Shown here piece after piece: positions 15,542 through 23,581 of a stretch of 32,526 nt of DNA. The notes beneath the pieces are model-generated. The model saw only the letters and a program-made list of their open reading frames with translations, had not been told where the DNA came from and ran no database searches. Origin of the DNA: a virus. The position numbers were made by a program, and so were the translations under genes. The stretch's first letter is position 1, and every line of letters begins with the position of its first letter. Location of the stretch: IMG/VR virus record IMGVR_UViG_3300021387_000386; one strand, written 5' to 3'.

Positions 15542-16657
15542 CTAGCTAGAAGCCTTTACAGCAAGTGAGAAGAGGTCTGTATCAGAAACCTGCTTACCAC
15601 CGACGAATGCTTCTGCCTGGAAATAGGTATTTGAATCACCCTTAACCTTAATAGGTGTGATAGTGATTCCGCCGGCAACTCCCACGTGGAAGCGTGAAAG
15701 AGGAACAGCAACGGCAAGAATAGAACCTGCGGTTGTTGCCTTTGGTGCCTTTGCGTCAAGGCGAACCTTAACACCTTCAATTTCCTTGCTGCGGATCAAG
15801 CCTTCTTTGTAAAGCTTTACATCTTCGCCGCTTGTTGAATCAGACAAAACATTCTGATATGTAGCTGGGTTCATTACGATTTCAAATGTTTCATCGTAAC
15901 CGCTTACTTTAAGTGCAAGGCCGGCAAGGTCTGAACACTTAATAGATGTCTGATTATCTGCAAGCTGTGTAATACCTGCGGTATTTGCAGCGGCAGAAGT
16001 CCAGATTCCTTTTACACCTTTCTGTGTATTTGAAATCAAGCTACCCTGCAAAACCTTTGTATGAAGCTTTTTGCGGAAAGCCTTTCTGAACAATTCAGGC
16101 AACTTTGACTGAATGTCTACTGTGTTGAGCTGCAAAGCTTCGGCAGTAACGCCAAGAACAGAAGCCAAGCCGTAAACCTGAATTTCTGTTGTTTTCATTT
16201 CTGCTTCGTCGTCTTCGTTGATTGAGCTTCCGCCCTCTGCTGTATCAACTGGCTCTTCAAGTCCTGGTTCAAGAACCGGAATGTTTGTTGAAGCGTTGTC
16301 GCTGTAATCGAATGTTACGGCATTCAAGATGTCGTCTTTTTCGCCGATTCCTTCAAAAAGCTGCTGAACCTGGTTGATTTTTCCGTTTCCGCCGATTGTG
16401 ATTGCACGCATTTCTTTTGCAGCTTCTACAAAGTCGCGGTTTGTAAGGGTGATTCCTTCCTTTCCGCCTTCTGGCTTGTCGATTTCTGCATAAGCTTTTT
16501 CAAGGTCTGCACGGCGTTTGTCAAAGTCTGCAAGCTTAGACTTTGCTTCCTCTTCGTTGAATTCGCCTGTACCGTGGCGAACTTCTTCCATAAATGAACG
16601 TCTTTCAAGTTCAAGTGCTTCGATGGCTGCGCGAAGCTCTGCTTTAGTCTTAATCAT
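15542..16657 (-). CDS. Major capsid protein, HK97 fold
   Basis: 371 aa from ATG 16657 (AGGAGA upstream), starting 2 nt after the protease stop codon. The N-terminal delta-like coiled coil (MIKTKAELRAAIEALELERRSF) and the position after the prohead protease are typical. The longer track ORF (to 16780) overlaps the protease. Confidence 0.85.
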   Translation of the reverse strand: MIKTKAELRAAIEALELERRSFMEEVRHGTGEFNEEEAKSKLADFDKRRADLEKAYAEIDKPEGGKEGITLTNRDFVEAAKEMRAITIGGNGKINQVQQLFEGIGEKDDILNAVTFDYSDNASTNIPVLEPGLEEPVDTAEGGSSINEDDEAEMKTTEIQVYGLASVLGVTAEALQLNTVDIQSKLPELFRKAFRKKLHTKVLQGSLISNTQKGVKGIWTSAAANTAGITQLADNQTSIKCSDLAGLALKVSGYDETFEIVMNPATYQNVLSDSTSGEDVKLYKEGLIRSKEIEGVKVRLDAKAPKATTAGSILAVAVPLSRFHVGVAGGITITPIKVKGDSNTYFQAEAFVGGKQVSDTDLFSLAVKASS

Positions 16658-16661
16658 GGTG

Positions 16662-17447
16662 TTATTTCTCCTGATTTTGTGTATAGAAAACAAATCGCGC
16701 ACGGCGGTTTTGTTCTTCCCGTTCTTTTGCTTCTGCTTCTGCTTTGGCTCTCTCTTCTGCTTCTTTCTGTTCAGTGGCATTGTCAGTGTCGTTTGACTGC
16801 TGGTCTGTTTCTGCTGAACGAATCATTGCTTCAAGATTGTCTACTACAGCGCGAAGCTTTGTTTTATCTTCTTCTGAAAGCTCTTCGCGTTTCAGAATTG
16901 CGTTAACTTCGTCAAAGTCCGTTCCGCACTTCTTAAAGAACGAACGAACGTTTGTGTTACCTTCTGGATAGGCCGGAAAAGCGACGCACACGGAAATTTC
17001 AAGAAGTTTTACTTCCACTAATTCGCGCAAGTCGTGGTCTAAGTCAATTTCGGTCCACTGGGTCTTGATAGGAATAAAACCGAAAGACAAAGTGCGACAA
17101 TCGCCGCGTTTTATAATTTCGTATGCGTCGTTTCCGTCTGTTGTATTCGGAAGGTCCACTTCAAAATGCAAGCCGTCTTCTTCGCTTCTCATGCGAAGGG
17201 TTCCAGCTGTGGAACTTCCCAGAATCTTTGTCACGTCATGGCCCAGCAAACATTTAACTTCTGCTTTGTCTGCAAGGGTTTTATTAAAGGCGGTCGGCAA
17301 GATTCTTTCAGTTGTTCCGTACATATCAACGGAATCTGAATTGTAAGGAATCACACCTTTAATGGTGCGCTTGTCGTCTTCTACGCCGTAATCACATGCA
17401 CGAATAAAGAATTCGCCTTTTGGTTTGTCGTTTTTAGTCGGTTTCAT
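16662..17447 (-). CDS. Prohead serine protease (HK97 family) with acidic/coiled C-terminal extension
   Basis: 261 aa. GVIPYNSDSVDMYGTTERILPTAFNK...LLGHD...LSFGF resembles Caudovirus prohead proteases. Located between the portal region and the capsid gene. Confidence 0.8.
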   Translation of the reverse strand: MKPTKNDKPKGEFFIRACDYGVEDDKRTIKGVIPYNSDSVDMYGTTERILPTAFNKTLADKAEVKCLLGHDVTKILGSSTAGTLRMRSEEDGLHFEVDLPNTTDGNDAYEIIKRGDCRTLSFGFIPIKTQWTEIDLDHDLRELVEVKLLEISVCVAFPAYPEGNTNVRSFFKKCGTDFDEVNAILKREELSEEDKTKLRAVVDNLEAMIRSAETDQQSNDTDNATEQKEAEERAKAEAEAKEREEQNRRARFVFYTQNQEK

Positions 17448-17460
17448 TTCTTTTTGCCCT

Positions 17461-17485
17461 CATAAGTAATAGTCATTTTTGTTTT
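17461..17485 (-). promoter_or_regulatory. Conserved late-gene upstream motif, copy B
   Basis: Sense AAAACAAAAATGACTATTACTTATGAGGG, then 9 nt, then the ATG of the protease. The TGA inside the motif is the stop codon of ORF 17473..17901. Confidence 0.6.
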
Positions 17486-17901
17486 CCATAATTCAGGTTT
17501 TTTGGTGAATTTTCCCAAATTATTTTCTTTCCCAGCCCTTTTAAATAACCTACAATCATTGCAAGGGCGGGGCGCTCTCTTATATATTCTTCCTGGGAAT
17601 CCTGCGGGCACCCAGTAATAAGAACCTCTTCCACATCTTTTTCAAGAAGCGTTTCAAGTGCCATTCCGCACGCTGAACAATTAAGCGGCAAGCCTTCTTT
17701 GTCACACATTCCATAAACTACGGAATGCAGATTTCTTCGCACCAGCTTTTCAGGATGTTTTGTCTGCAAGCCGTGTAATTCATAGTAGCGGTCACAATCG
17801 GGGTCAGCGTTTCGGCCCAGCGTCCAGACGGTATAACCTTTCTTTTTAAGTTCCTTTCCGGTCGGGTGCGGAATCGCAAGCCCCACAATTGCTATTTTCA
17901 C
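17473..17901 (-). CDS. Hypothetical alpha/beta protein inserted between portal and protease
   Basis: 142 aa with a Rossmann-like start MKIAIVGLAIP. Cys-containing segments present (LNCSACG, ITGCPQD). There is a 4-nt overlap with the portal stop. No family recognised. Confidence 0.6.
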   Translation of the reverse strand: MKIAIVGLAIPHPTGKELKKKGYTVWTLGRNADPDCDRYYELHGLQTKHPEKLVRRNLHSVVYGMCDKEGLPLNCSACGMALETLLEKDVEEVLITGCPQDSQEEYIRERPALAMIVGYLKGLGKKIIWENSPKNLNYGKQK

Positions 17902-19148
17902 TGCTTGTCGTCTCCTGCCGGCGAATGCTGGTCGCTGTCGTCTCCGCCTTTATCGTTTAAGCCCTGTGCTGTAAGCTTCTGTTTTGCCATATATGCGTTA
18001 ATGGTTTCGTCATTAAGCGGCATAAGGTTTGCCGGCATAAAGAAGTTGTCTCCGGCTTCGATTGGTGGCAAGTTTTCTTTTGCGCGAACTTCGTTTGGTG
18101 ACAAAATGCCGTTGCCGATTTGTTTTGCGTAAGCGTCCACACGTTTTGAAAGGGCAACTTTAAGAAGTCCGTGGAAGTTAAACTTGAAGTAACAATTATC
18201 ATCAATTAAAAGATTGATGGATTCTTGCAGCTGGATTGCAAGCGGTTTAATTGCAAACTCTGTAAGAAGAGTAAACAGATTTTCAAGATCAAGATTTGCA
18301 CTCTTGCCTGAAAGAAGCTCGCCAGGAAAGGCGAAAATATTTGCAATTTCGTGTTCCTGAAATTCTCTGTTTTCGATAAGCGTTGCGGCTCTGTTGTCTG
18401 CATTCTGCCCGATTTCGGAATATTCCATTCCCTTTTTCTTGAAAAGTGGCTTTCCGGCATTCTCTGGTCCGGCATAAGTTGCGGTATAATCGTTGCGCAG
18501 TTCTTCAACCTGTTCTTTTGTTGCGTCTGGCAAGGCGTTTGAAATATCAATAACAAGACGTTTTCCGCTTATGCCTTTATCGAATGCACTGTTTGTGTAG
18601 TTGTCGAGTTTGTGCGCTGTGTCAAAGGCAGCGTTTGCAGCTTTGAAGATGGAAGAACCGCCGTTGATTGTCGAATAGTCAAAGCGGGAAGGAATATAAA
18701 GCACATCATCATCGGTGTAACGGTGGCCGTTGTGCAAATAGATTCTTTCCCTTGTGAACTGGTCGCGTGTTACTGTTGTTTCCTGCGGGCTTAAACGGAA
18801 TAAAGAAACAAGCTGGCCTTCTGTGCCTTTTCCTTTCTTCCACATAATACCGCCGTTGTAATAATCAACAATCGACTGATAAAAGAAGTTAAAATGTAGG
18901 TCTTCAAGATTCGGTCTCGCTAAGACTGCATATAGCGGATGATTTGAAATTTCTTTGTTTGTGCGTTTGTTATAAATCCCATAAGACAGCCCCGCAAACT
19001 CACTGGCTATGCGGTCAATTGTCGCAAAAGATGTGCTGTCTCTTCCTGTAAGCTTTGCGGAAGCGTGGCGATAGTCTGAAATATCGCGGGGGCGTTCCTG
19101 TGCCTTCGGATTCGGATTTGTTCTTTTTAGAAAACTGAAAAATCCCAT
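17898..19148 (-). CDS. Portal protein (HK97 family)
   Basis: 416 aa downstream of TerL. Size and sequence character fit HK97-type portals. Confidence 0.85.
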   Translation of the reverse strand: MGFFSFLKRTNPNPKAQERPRDISDYRHASAKLTGRDSTSFATIDRIASEFAGLSYGIYNKRTNKEISNHPLYAVLARPNLEDLHFNFFYQSIVDYYNGGIMWKKGKGTEGQLVSLFRLSPQETTVTRDQFTRERIYLHNGHRYTDDDVLYIPSRFDYSTINGGSSIFKAANAAFDTAHKLDNYTNSAFDKGISGKRLVIDISNALPDATKEQVEELRNDYTATYAGPENAGKPLFKKKGMEYSEIGQNADNRAATLIENREFQEHEIANIFAFPGELLSGKSANLDLENLFTLLTEFAIKPLAIQLQESINLLIDDNCYFKFNFHGLLKVALSKRVDAYAKQIGNGILSPNEVRAKENLPPIEAGDNFFMPANLMPLNDETINAYMAKQKLTAQGLNDKGGDDSDQHSPAGDDKQ

Positions 19149-19163
19149 GACGTTTATTGCTCC

Positions 19164-19188
19164 TATAAGTAATAGTCATTTTTGTTTT
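19164..19188 (-). promoter_or_regulatory. Conserved late-gene upstream motif, copy C
   Basis: Sense AAAACAAAAATGACTATTACTTATAGGAG, then 11 nt, then the ATG of the portal. It overlaps the TerL stop codon. Confidence 0.6.
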
Positions 19189-20869
19189 AAAAAAGTGACT
19201 TTACATCATTAAAACTTAGTGTCGGCGGTGGTGTTATTACTTCCGGGTTATGTGCCAAGCCGTGACACATTATTGAAGTTATAACGCCATCTATACGGCG
19301 GGTGCTGGTTTTGGATGGTTTCATAGGTTTGTAATTTCCGTTCGGGTCCGGCCTGATTTCTGCATTGTTTATCATCCACGCCATGACGGGGTTATTATCA
19401 ACTATTAAGCCGTCTTTTATCGCCTTTTCGTAACTCTTTGTCATTGGCGAAAGCTTCTTTAATGACTGTTCAACCTCAATCAATAAAATGTCCGGGCGGT
19501 TTGCTTCGACTTTTTCTATTACGTCGTGACTTTGCCATTTATCGTAACCCAGCGCAAGAATTCTGTATATTTCAGCGTCGTTCAAAAAGTCGTTTACAAT
19601 AAAATCATAATTAACAGTATTTCCGGGCGTTGCCTTAATTAAGCCCTGGTCTATCCACTGGAAAAAGTTAATATTTTCTTTCTTATACTTCTGAAACGCC
19701 ATTGCTTCCGGGATGTAGAAGCGGTGTTTATAATATTCTTTGCCTTCATGCTGAAAAACAAGACTGTAAGCGGTCAAGTCGTCTATGTTTGAAAGGTCCG
19801 TTGCAGCACAACAAGCCATGTTTTCAAAATCATCAAAATCAACTTTGATTTCTTTGTTTTTCTGGAATACTTCAAGCGGAATCCAGGATTTCTTCCCACC
19901 GCCGCCCCAGATATTGAAAGTTTTTGCTTTAAGTTCAGGAATCTTTTCCGGCGAAACTTGCGCGTCGTTTATGTCCGATTCAATAACAGAAGGGTCTATA
20001 ATATCATATAAAGACGGGTTCGCTTTCTGCCATACATTCGGATTGGTGTATTCGTCGCCCTCGTCGATTGCATAGATAATACAAAAATAGTCTTCCTGGG
20101 TTTGCAGCTCGTTCAGGATTCGGCGGGCTTTCAATGTTTCGTCATAACATGGTACGTTTACATCTACATCGGCGGTCGTAATAATAACGCCCTGCGCGTC
20201 TTTTTTGGATCTTGTACCGTACTGCATAGAAGTAAAAAGCTTGTCGGTTGCGTAAGCGTGGTATTCATCCAGGCAATAGAAGCGGGGCTTGAATCCATCT
20301 GTATCTTTGGCACCGTCGCAGAAAAACGCAAGGCGTGAATTATCCATAGTCACGGCAAGCGAAAGCGGGGTGCAGTTATCTTTTAAAGCCGGGTCTTCGT
20401 TGATGATTGCAACAATTTCTTTATAGGTCTTTTCGGCCAGATCATCACGACTTGAAACAAGATAGGATTCAGAAGCGGGATATTTTATAAAATTAAAAAG
20501 CGTAAGCGGTAAAAGTAAGCCGGTTGTTTTTCCGTTTTTTCGTGCTACCTCTATATAGCCCGTTCGGTAGCGTTTGCGGTCCGGCTCGTTTTTGTGTCTC
20601 CATCCTTCCAGCTGGCACATGCAGAAAACCTGCCACGGCAGAAGCTTCAAACATTCGCCGTTCAGGTCCGCTGGTTTCAAACTTTCTGCAAATTCACATA
20701 ATATGTCAGCGTCTTTTTGAGAATAGAAAAAATCAAAGCTGGCTTCTTTCTCTCTTTTCAGGTCGTTTTTATATCGTTTAATTGCTTTGATGGTGTAAAC
20801 GCCGGCGGCGATTTTGCCGGAAAGAACATCATCGCAATATTTATTCATTATTTCGTGATATTTGCTCAT
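19187..20869 (-). CDS. terL: Terminase large subunit
   Basis: 560 aa. LLPWQ...GYIEVARKNGKTT is a Walker A-like ATPase segment, and a nuclease-type C-terminal half follows. Follows TerS with a 4-nt overlap. Confidence 0.9.
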   Translation of the reverse strand: MSKYHEIMNKYCDDVLSGKIAAGVYTIKAIKRYKNDLKREKEASFDFFYSQKDADILCEFAESLKPADLNGECLKLLPWQVFCMCQLEGWRHKNEPDRKRYRTGYIEVARKNGKTTGLLLPLTLFNFIKYPASESYLVSSRDDLAEKTYKEIVAIINEDPALKDNCTPLSLAVTMDNSRLAFFCDGAKDTDGFKPRFYCLDEYHAYATDKLFTSMQYGTRSKKDAQGVIITTADVDVNVPCYDETLKARRILNELQTQEDYFCIIYAIDEGDEYTNPNVWQKANPSLYDIIDPSVIESDINDAQVSPEKIPELKAKTFNIWGGGGKKSWIPLEVFQKNKEIKVDFDDFENMACCAATDLSNIDDLTAYSLVFQHEGKEYYKHRFYIPEAMAFQKYKKENINFFQWIDQGLIKATPGNTVNYDFIVNDFLNDAEIYRILALGYDKWQSHDVIEKVEANRPDILLIEVEQSLKKLSPMTKSYEKAIKDGLIVDNNPVMAWMINNAEIRPDPNGNYKPMKPSKTSTRRIDGVITSIMCHGLAHNPEVITPPPTLSFNDVKSLF

Positions 20870-21402
20870 TTTGTCCGATTTCTCAAAGCTAAAAGTTTAT
20901 CAACGCCGGAAGCGTTCTTTTCGATTTCCTGCGATGTTTTTTGAATGTTCAGTAAATCAAGTGTGAGTTTAGAACGTGCCGACGGTGAAATATAATATTT
21001 CGCTGCAAGGTCATTAAACATCTGGGTAAGTTTCGACACGATTTTTAAACAGATGTCATAATTCGCAAGGGCGGCAGCGTCAGAAAAACTACATTGTGAA
21101 AATTGCTCCTGTGCTTCCCGCAGCTTTTCAAGAATTAACATCATGTTTTCAAGCTGTGGCAAGTCATTATAAGAAAGCACCTGCATTGAAATTAAATTAT
21201 TCGTCAGGCGCTTCCAGTATGAGCGTACATATTTTGTTTTGATTGTCTTAGGGCAAGAAATTTTAGATTCCGGCGGAATGATAACCCCCGGCACTGATTT
21301 TATTTGTTTTTCTGCAATTTCCTTGCCATTGTCGCGGTCTTTCCGATAGGTTCCTTCAAGCTTTTTCAGCTCTACCGGCTTTCGCGGCCTTCCTGCTGGC
21401 AT
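20866..21402 (-). CDS. terS: Terminase small subunit (P27 family)
   Basis: 178 aa. The N-terminus MPAGRPRKPVELKKLEGTYRKDR is characteristic of P27-type small terminases. Immediately upstream of TerL. Confidence 0.8.
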   Translation of the reverse strand: MPAGRPRKPVELKKLEGTYRKDRDNGKEIAEKQIKSVPGVIIPPESKISCPKTIKTKYVRSYWKRLTNNLISMQVLSYNDLPQLENMMLILEKLREAQEQFSQCSFSDAAALANYDICLKIVSKLTQMFNDLAAKYYISPSARSKLTLDLLNIQKTSQEIEKNASGVDKLLALRNRTK

Positions 21403-21505
21403 TAAAAACCCCCTGAATTTTCAGAATAATTTTGACATTCTCGCGCGAAAACTGGGGGGCGCGGTGAAAAAGCGTTTCAAACTTTTTTAAAACACCCCCT
21501 ACCGG
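21403..21505. other. Intergenic region between HNH and terS; candidate cos / terminase recognition region
   Basis: 103-nt gap, one of the larger non-coding gaps in the packaging and structural block (21.9 down to 5.3 kb). It has direct repeats AAAACCCCCT (21405-21414) and AACACCCCCT (21491-21500) flanking GGGGGG (21454-21459). The HNH + P27 TerS layout is typical of cos phages. Confidence 0.3.
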
Positions 21506-21862
21506 TCAAGCTTTCCGGCTTTCAATTTCGCGCTGCGTTTCGATTGCATGGCAGCTTTCACATAAAACAATCAAGTTTGATTCATCAAGAAACCTTTCGG
21601 GGTTCTTGCGAACTGGTTCTATATGATGTACATGCAACTTAACGTTTGAAGCTCCACACTTCGCGCAATAGTTGTGCTCTGCTAAAACTTTAGCACGTAA
21701 CTTTCGCCACTCTGGGTTGCTGTAATCAGCGTACCGAGTAGCGTTCTTAAAAGCATTTTCTTTGCGCTTCTGTTCTGCAAGTAATTGATGTTCGGGGCAG
21801 TAATAAGGATGTATAACTGCAAACTTATTACAGCCCGGATAACCACAAAGCTTTAGTTTCAA
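21506..21862 (-). CDS. HNH endonuclease (terminase-associated)
   Basis: 118 aa with CAKCG...HVHHIEP...NLIVLCESCH, an HNH/zinc-finger pattern. Sits just upstream of terS. Confidence 0.88.
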   Translation of the reverse strand: MKLKLCGYPGCNKFAVIHPYYCPEHQLLAEQKRKENAFKNATRYADYSNPEWRKLRAKVLAEHNYCAKCGASNVKLHVHHIEPVRKNPERFLDESNLIVLCESCHAIETQREIESRKA

Positions 21863-22209
21863 TTGTTTGCCTTTTTATTCTTAGGAATTACAACTGGAAC
21901 AATAAGCCCGGCGATAATAACAACAAGGCCGAAAACGGCAGTAATAATTGTCTTTACTGTATCTTCTGCCACACCTGCAAAGCCCAGCACAAAAGCACCA
22001 AGCCCAACCAGGATAATAGAAAGCCATACAACCCATGTCTTAACAGCTGGATCGCGCTTTTCATACATGCCGGCAACTGCAAGGCCCGCACCAAACATGG
22101 TGATTGCATAACCTAAAACGTCAGCAAGCGGGAACTTTGCAAAGTTTGAAATGATTACACCGGCAATCAATACGATTAAGCCGATAATTAAAAGAACGCG
22201 TTTTTTCAT
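21859..22209 (-). CDS. Integral membrane protein (about 4 TM helices)
   Basis: ATG 22209 forms an ATGA overlap with the o-spanin stop. MKKRVLLIIGLIVLIAGVII... has four hydrophobic segments. It ends the lysis cassette. Confidence 0.6.
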   Translation of the reverse strand: MKKRVLLIIGLIVLIAGVIISNFAKFPLADVLGYAITMFGAGLAVAGMYEKRDPAVKTWVVWLSIILVGLGAFVLGFAGVAEDTVKTIITAVFGLVVIIAGLIVPVVIPKNKKANN

Positions 22210-22469
22210 TCTTCTTCTACTCCTTGTACGTCTACTGCGTACCGAACAATCTTTTTCCAATACCACAAAGGCATTGAAACTTTATCTGTGTTCACGTCAT
22301 ACGTGACAATCAGATTTCCTTCTGTGTCGTAAGGCTCCGGGAATTGCGGGGCTTCACTTTTTATTTTTGAGCTTTGACAAGACGTTAATTGTAGCGTCAA
22401 AATCAGCGCTGCTATTGCCAGTTTCAAAGCTTTCTTTTGCTTCGTTGTTGATTTTGTGCTGATGTTCAT
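22206..22469 (-). CDS. Outer-membrane lipoprotein, o-spanin candidate (Rz1-like)
   Basis: 87 aa with a signal peptide and lipobox (LILTLQLTS|C). The 5' 116 nt overlap the i-spanin candidate in another frame. The mature N-terminus is Pro-rich (APQFPEP). Confidence 0.6.
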   Translation of the reverse strand: MNISTKSTTKQKKALKLAIAALILTLQLTSCQSSKIKSEAPQFPEPYDTEGNLIVTYDVNTDKVSMPLWYWKKIVRYAVDVQGVEEE

Positions 22470-22611
22470 TCTGTTTTAATTCCTCTTCTTTTTTCTGGCT
22501 TTCTTTTTTCAGGCGTTTATTATCTGCGACAAGCCAGCAAGAACCGATTGCAAGAAGCGTAATAATTACGCAAAAAAGAATTGCAATAACTATTCCGAAA
22601 ATCTTAATCAT
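22354..22611 (-). CDS. i-spanin candidate (Rz-like): N-terminal TM plus charged coiled coil
   Basis: ATG 22611. MIKIFGIVIAILFCVIITLLAIGSCWLV is followed by KRLKKESQKKEEELKQNEHQ. It overlaps the lipoprotein ORF, which is the classic overlapped spanin architecture. Confidence 0.6.
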   Translation of the reverse strand: MIKIFGIVIAILFCVIITLLAIGSCWLVADNKRLKKESQKKEEELKQNEHQHKINNEAKESFETGNSSADFDATINVLSKLKNKK

Positions 22612-22843
22612 TGGCGGGCTTCCTGAACTTATCAAGCGCAATGTTTACGTCAATTGTGGTAAACAGCGCAACGAAAGTGCCGGAAACTGTGCAAAGCTCC
22701 GATATTTCGCAGTTAGGAAAAACGCCGGTCCATTTAAGAACGGCACCAACTAAAAGAATTCCGCCCGCTACAATTTTTGCAAGCAAGGAAACTTTTTTTG
22801 CTTTAAGTCCTTTTTCTTCTGTTTTTTCTGATTTTTCATCCAT
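22604..22843 (-). CDS. Holin-like protein (two TM helices)
   Basis: 79 aa with TM1 VSLLAKIVAGGILLVGAVL and TM2 LCTVSGTFVALFTTIDVNIAL, and charged termini. Adjacent to the endolysin candidate. Confidence 0.55.
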   Translation of the reverse strand: MDEKSEKTEEKGLKAKKVSLLAKIVAGGILLVGAVLKWTGVFPNCEISELCTVSGTFVALFTTIDVNIALDKFRKPAND

Positions 22844-22845
22844 GA

Positions 22846-23265
22846 TTAAGCCACCTTTAAAATTCTTGCGCTTATCGGCTTGCCGTTTGCCAGGTTGTCA
22901 GAATGAAGTTTTGAATTAAAAGCAACCTTGCCAAATTCAACGCCTACCCAGTGCCCGCCGATTCCGTCTATTGAAAACAAAACGGCGCAACGTTCAATGT
23001 TTTTTAATTCATCAAGGCTTTTGATTTTCTTTTTTTCGACTATGTATTTTTTTCCGGTCAAAGCCTGTAAAAATGGTTCAGCTTTTACCGTGCAATCTTC
23101 TTCAATGTTTCCACGGCGCATGTTATCAGACACTATTTTGATTGCTTCTCCGTTTTCGCAATCAAGGTGCACGCACCACATGTAAGTAAATGCTAGACAA
23201 GCGTTTTTTCCTATCATGGAACAGCGGCTTGCTATGCTTTCGGCCATATCCTGCGGGTATCTCAA
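22846..23265 (-). CDS. Putative endolysin, small Cys-His (papain-like) peptidase
   Basis: 139 aa with candidate catalytic Cys (GKNACLAFTYMW) and His (IGGHWVGV). TTG start with AAGGAG 8 nt upstream. It lies between two small membrane proteins, and no other muralytic enzyme is recognisable in the lysis cassette. Confidence 0.4.
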   Translation of the reverse strand: MRYPQDMAESIASRCSMIGKNACLAFTYMWCVHLDCENGEAIKIVSDNMRRGNIEEDCTVKAEPFLQALTGKKYIVEKKKIKSLDELKNIERCAVLFSIDGIGGHWVGVEFGKVAFNSKLHSDNLANGKPISARILKVA

Positions 23266-23498
23266 CTTAGACGCTCCTTTATGTATATGATTGCAGTTTT
23301 AATTTCTGCAATATCAACTTTTAACTCGTTGAGTTCTGGAAGCATTGCTTTTTCAACGCTTCCTTCAAGCTCAATAATCCGCTTTTCGTGGTCTTTGATT
23401 GTCTGCGACTGTCCGCCGGCCTTCCAGATTAAAGCACCTATCGGAATGCAAAAAACCACGGCTTCAATTCCCATGTATAGGAACTGCACTTTATCCAT
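23262..23498 (-). CDS. Small membrane protein with coiled-coil tail (holin/antiholin-like)
   Basis: 78 aa with TM FLYMGIEAVVFCIPIGALIW, then HEKRIIELEGSVEKAMLPELNELKVDIAEIK. First gene of the lysis cassette, preceded by motif copy D. Confidence 0.5.
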   Translation of the reverse strand: MDKVQFLYMGIEAVVFCIPIGALIWKAGGQSQTIKDHEKRIIELEGSVEKAMLPELNELKVDIAEIKTAIIYIKERLS

Positions 23499-23511
23499 TG
23501 TTTTACCTCTC

Positions 23512-23531
23512 TATAAGTAATAGTCACTTTT
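23512..23531 (-). promoter_or_regulatory. Conserved late-gene upstream motif, copy D
   Basis: Sense AAAAGTGACTATTACTTATAGAGAGG, then 7 nt, then the ATG of 23262..23498. Confidence 0.55.
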
Positions 23532-23558
23532 AGAAAGGCGAAACAATTTTTCTGTAAA

Positions 23559-23579
23559 CTGCCGGCACAAGGCCGACAG
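23559..23579 (-). promoter_or_regulatory. Hairpin 3' of VR2 (candidate DGR target-recognition element)
   Basis: CTGCCGGC-acaag-GCCGACAG, 7 bp plus one C.A mismatch with a 5-nt loop, 21 nt beyond the VR2 end. The loop RCAAG and the spacing parallel the VR1 hairpin. Confidence 0.5.
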
Positions 23580-23581
23580 AT

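Noticed and set aside
15542-16780. The capsid ORF has a long N-terminal extension (MPLNRKKQKREPKQKQKQKNGKNK…).
   Set aside because: The extension overlaps the protease C-terminus out of frame and has no SD. The internal ATG 16657 has AGGAGA upstream and starts right after the protease stop.
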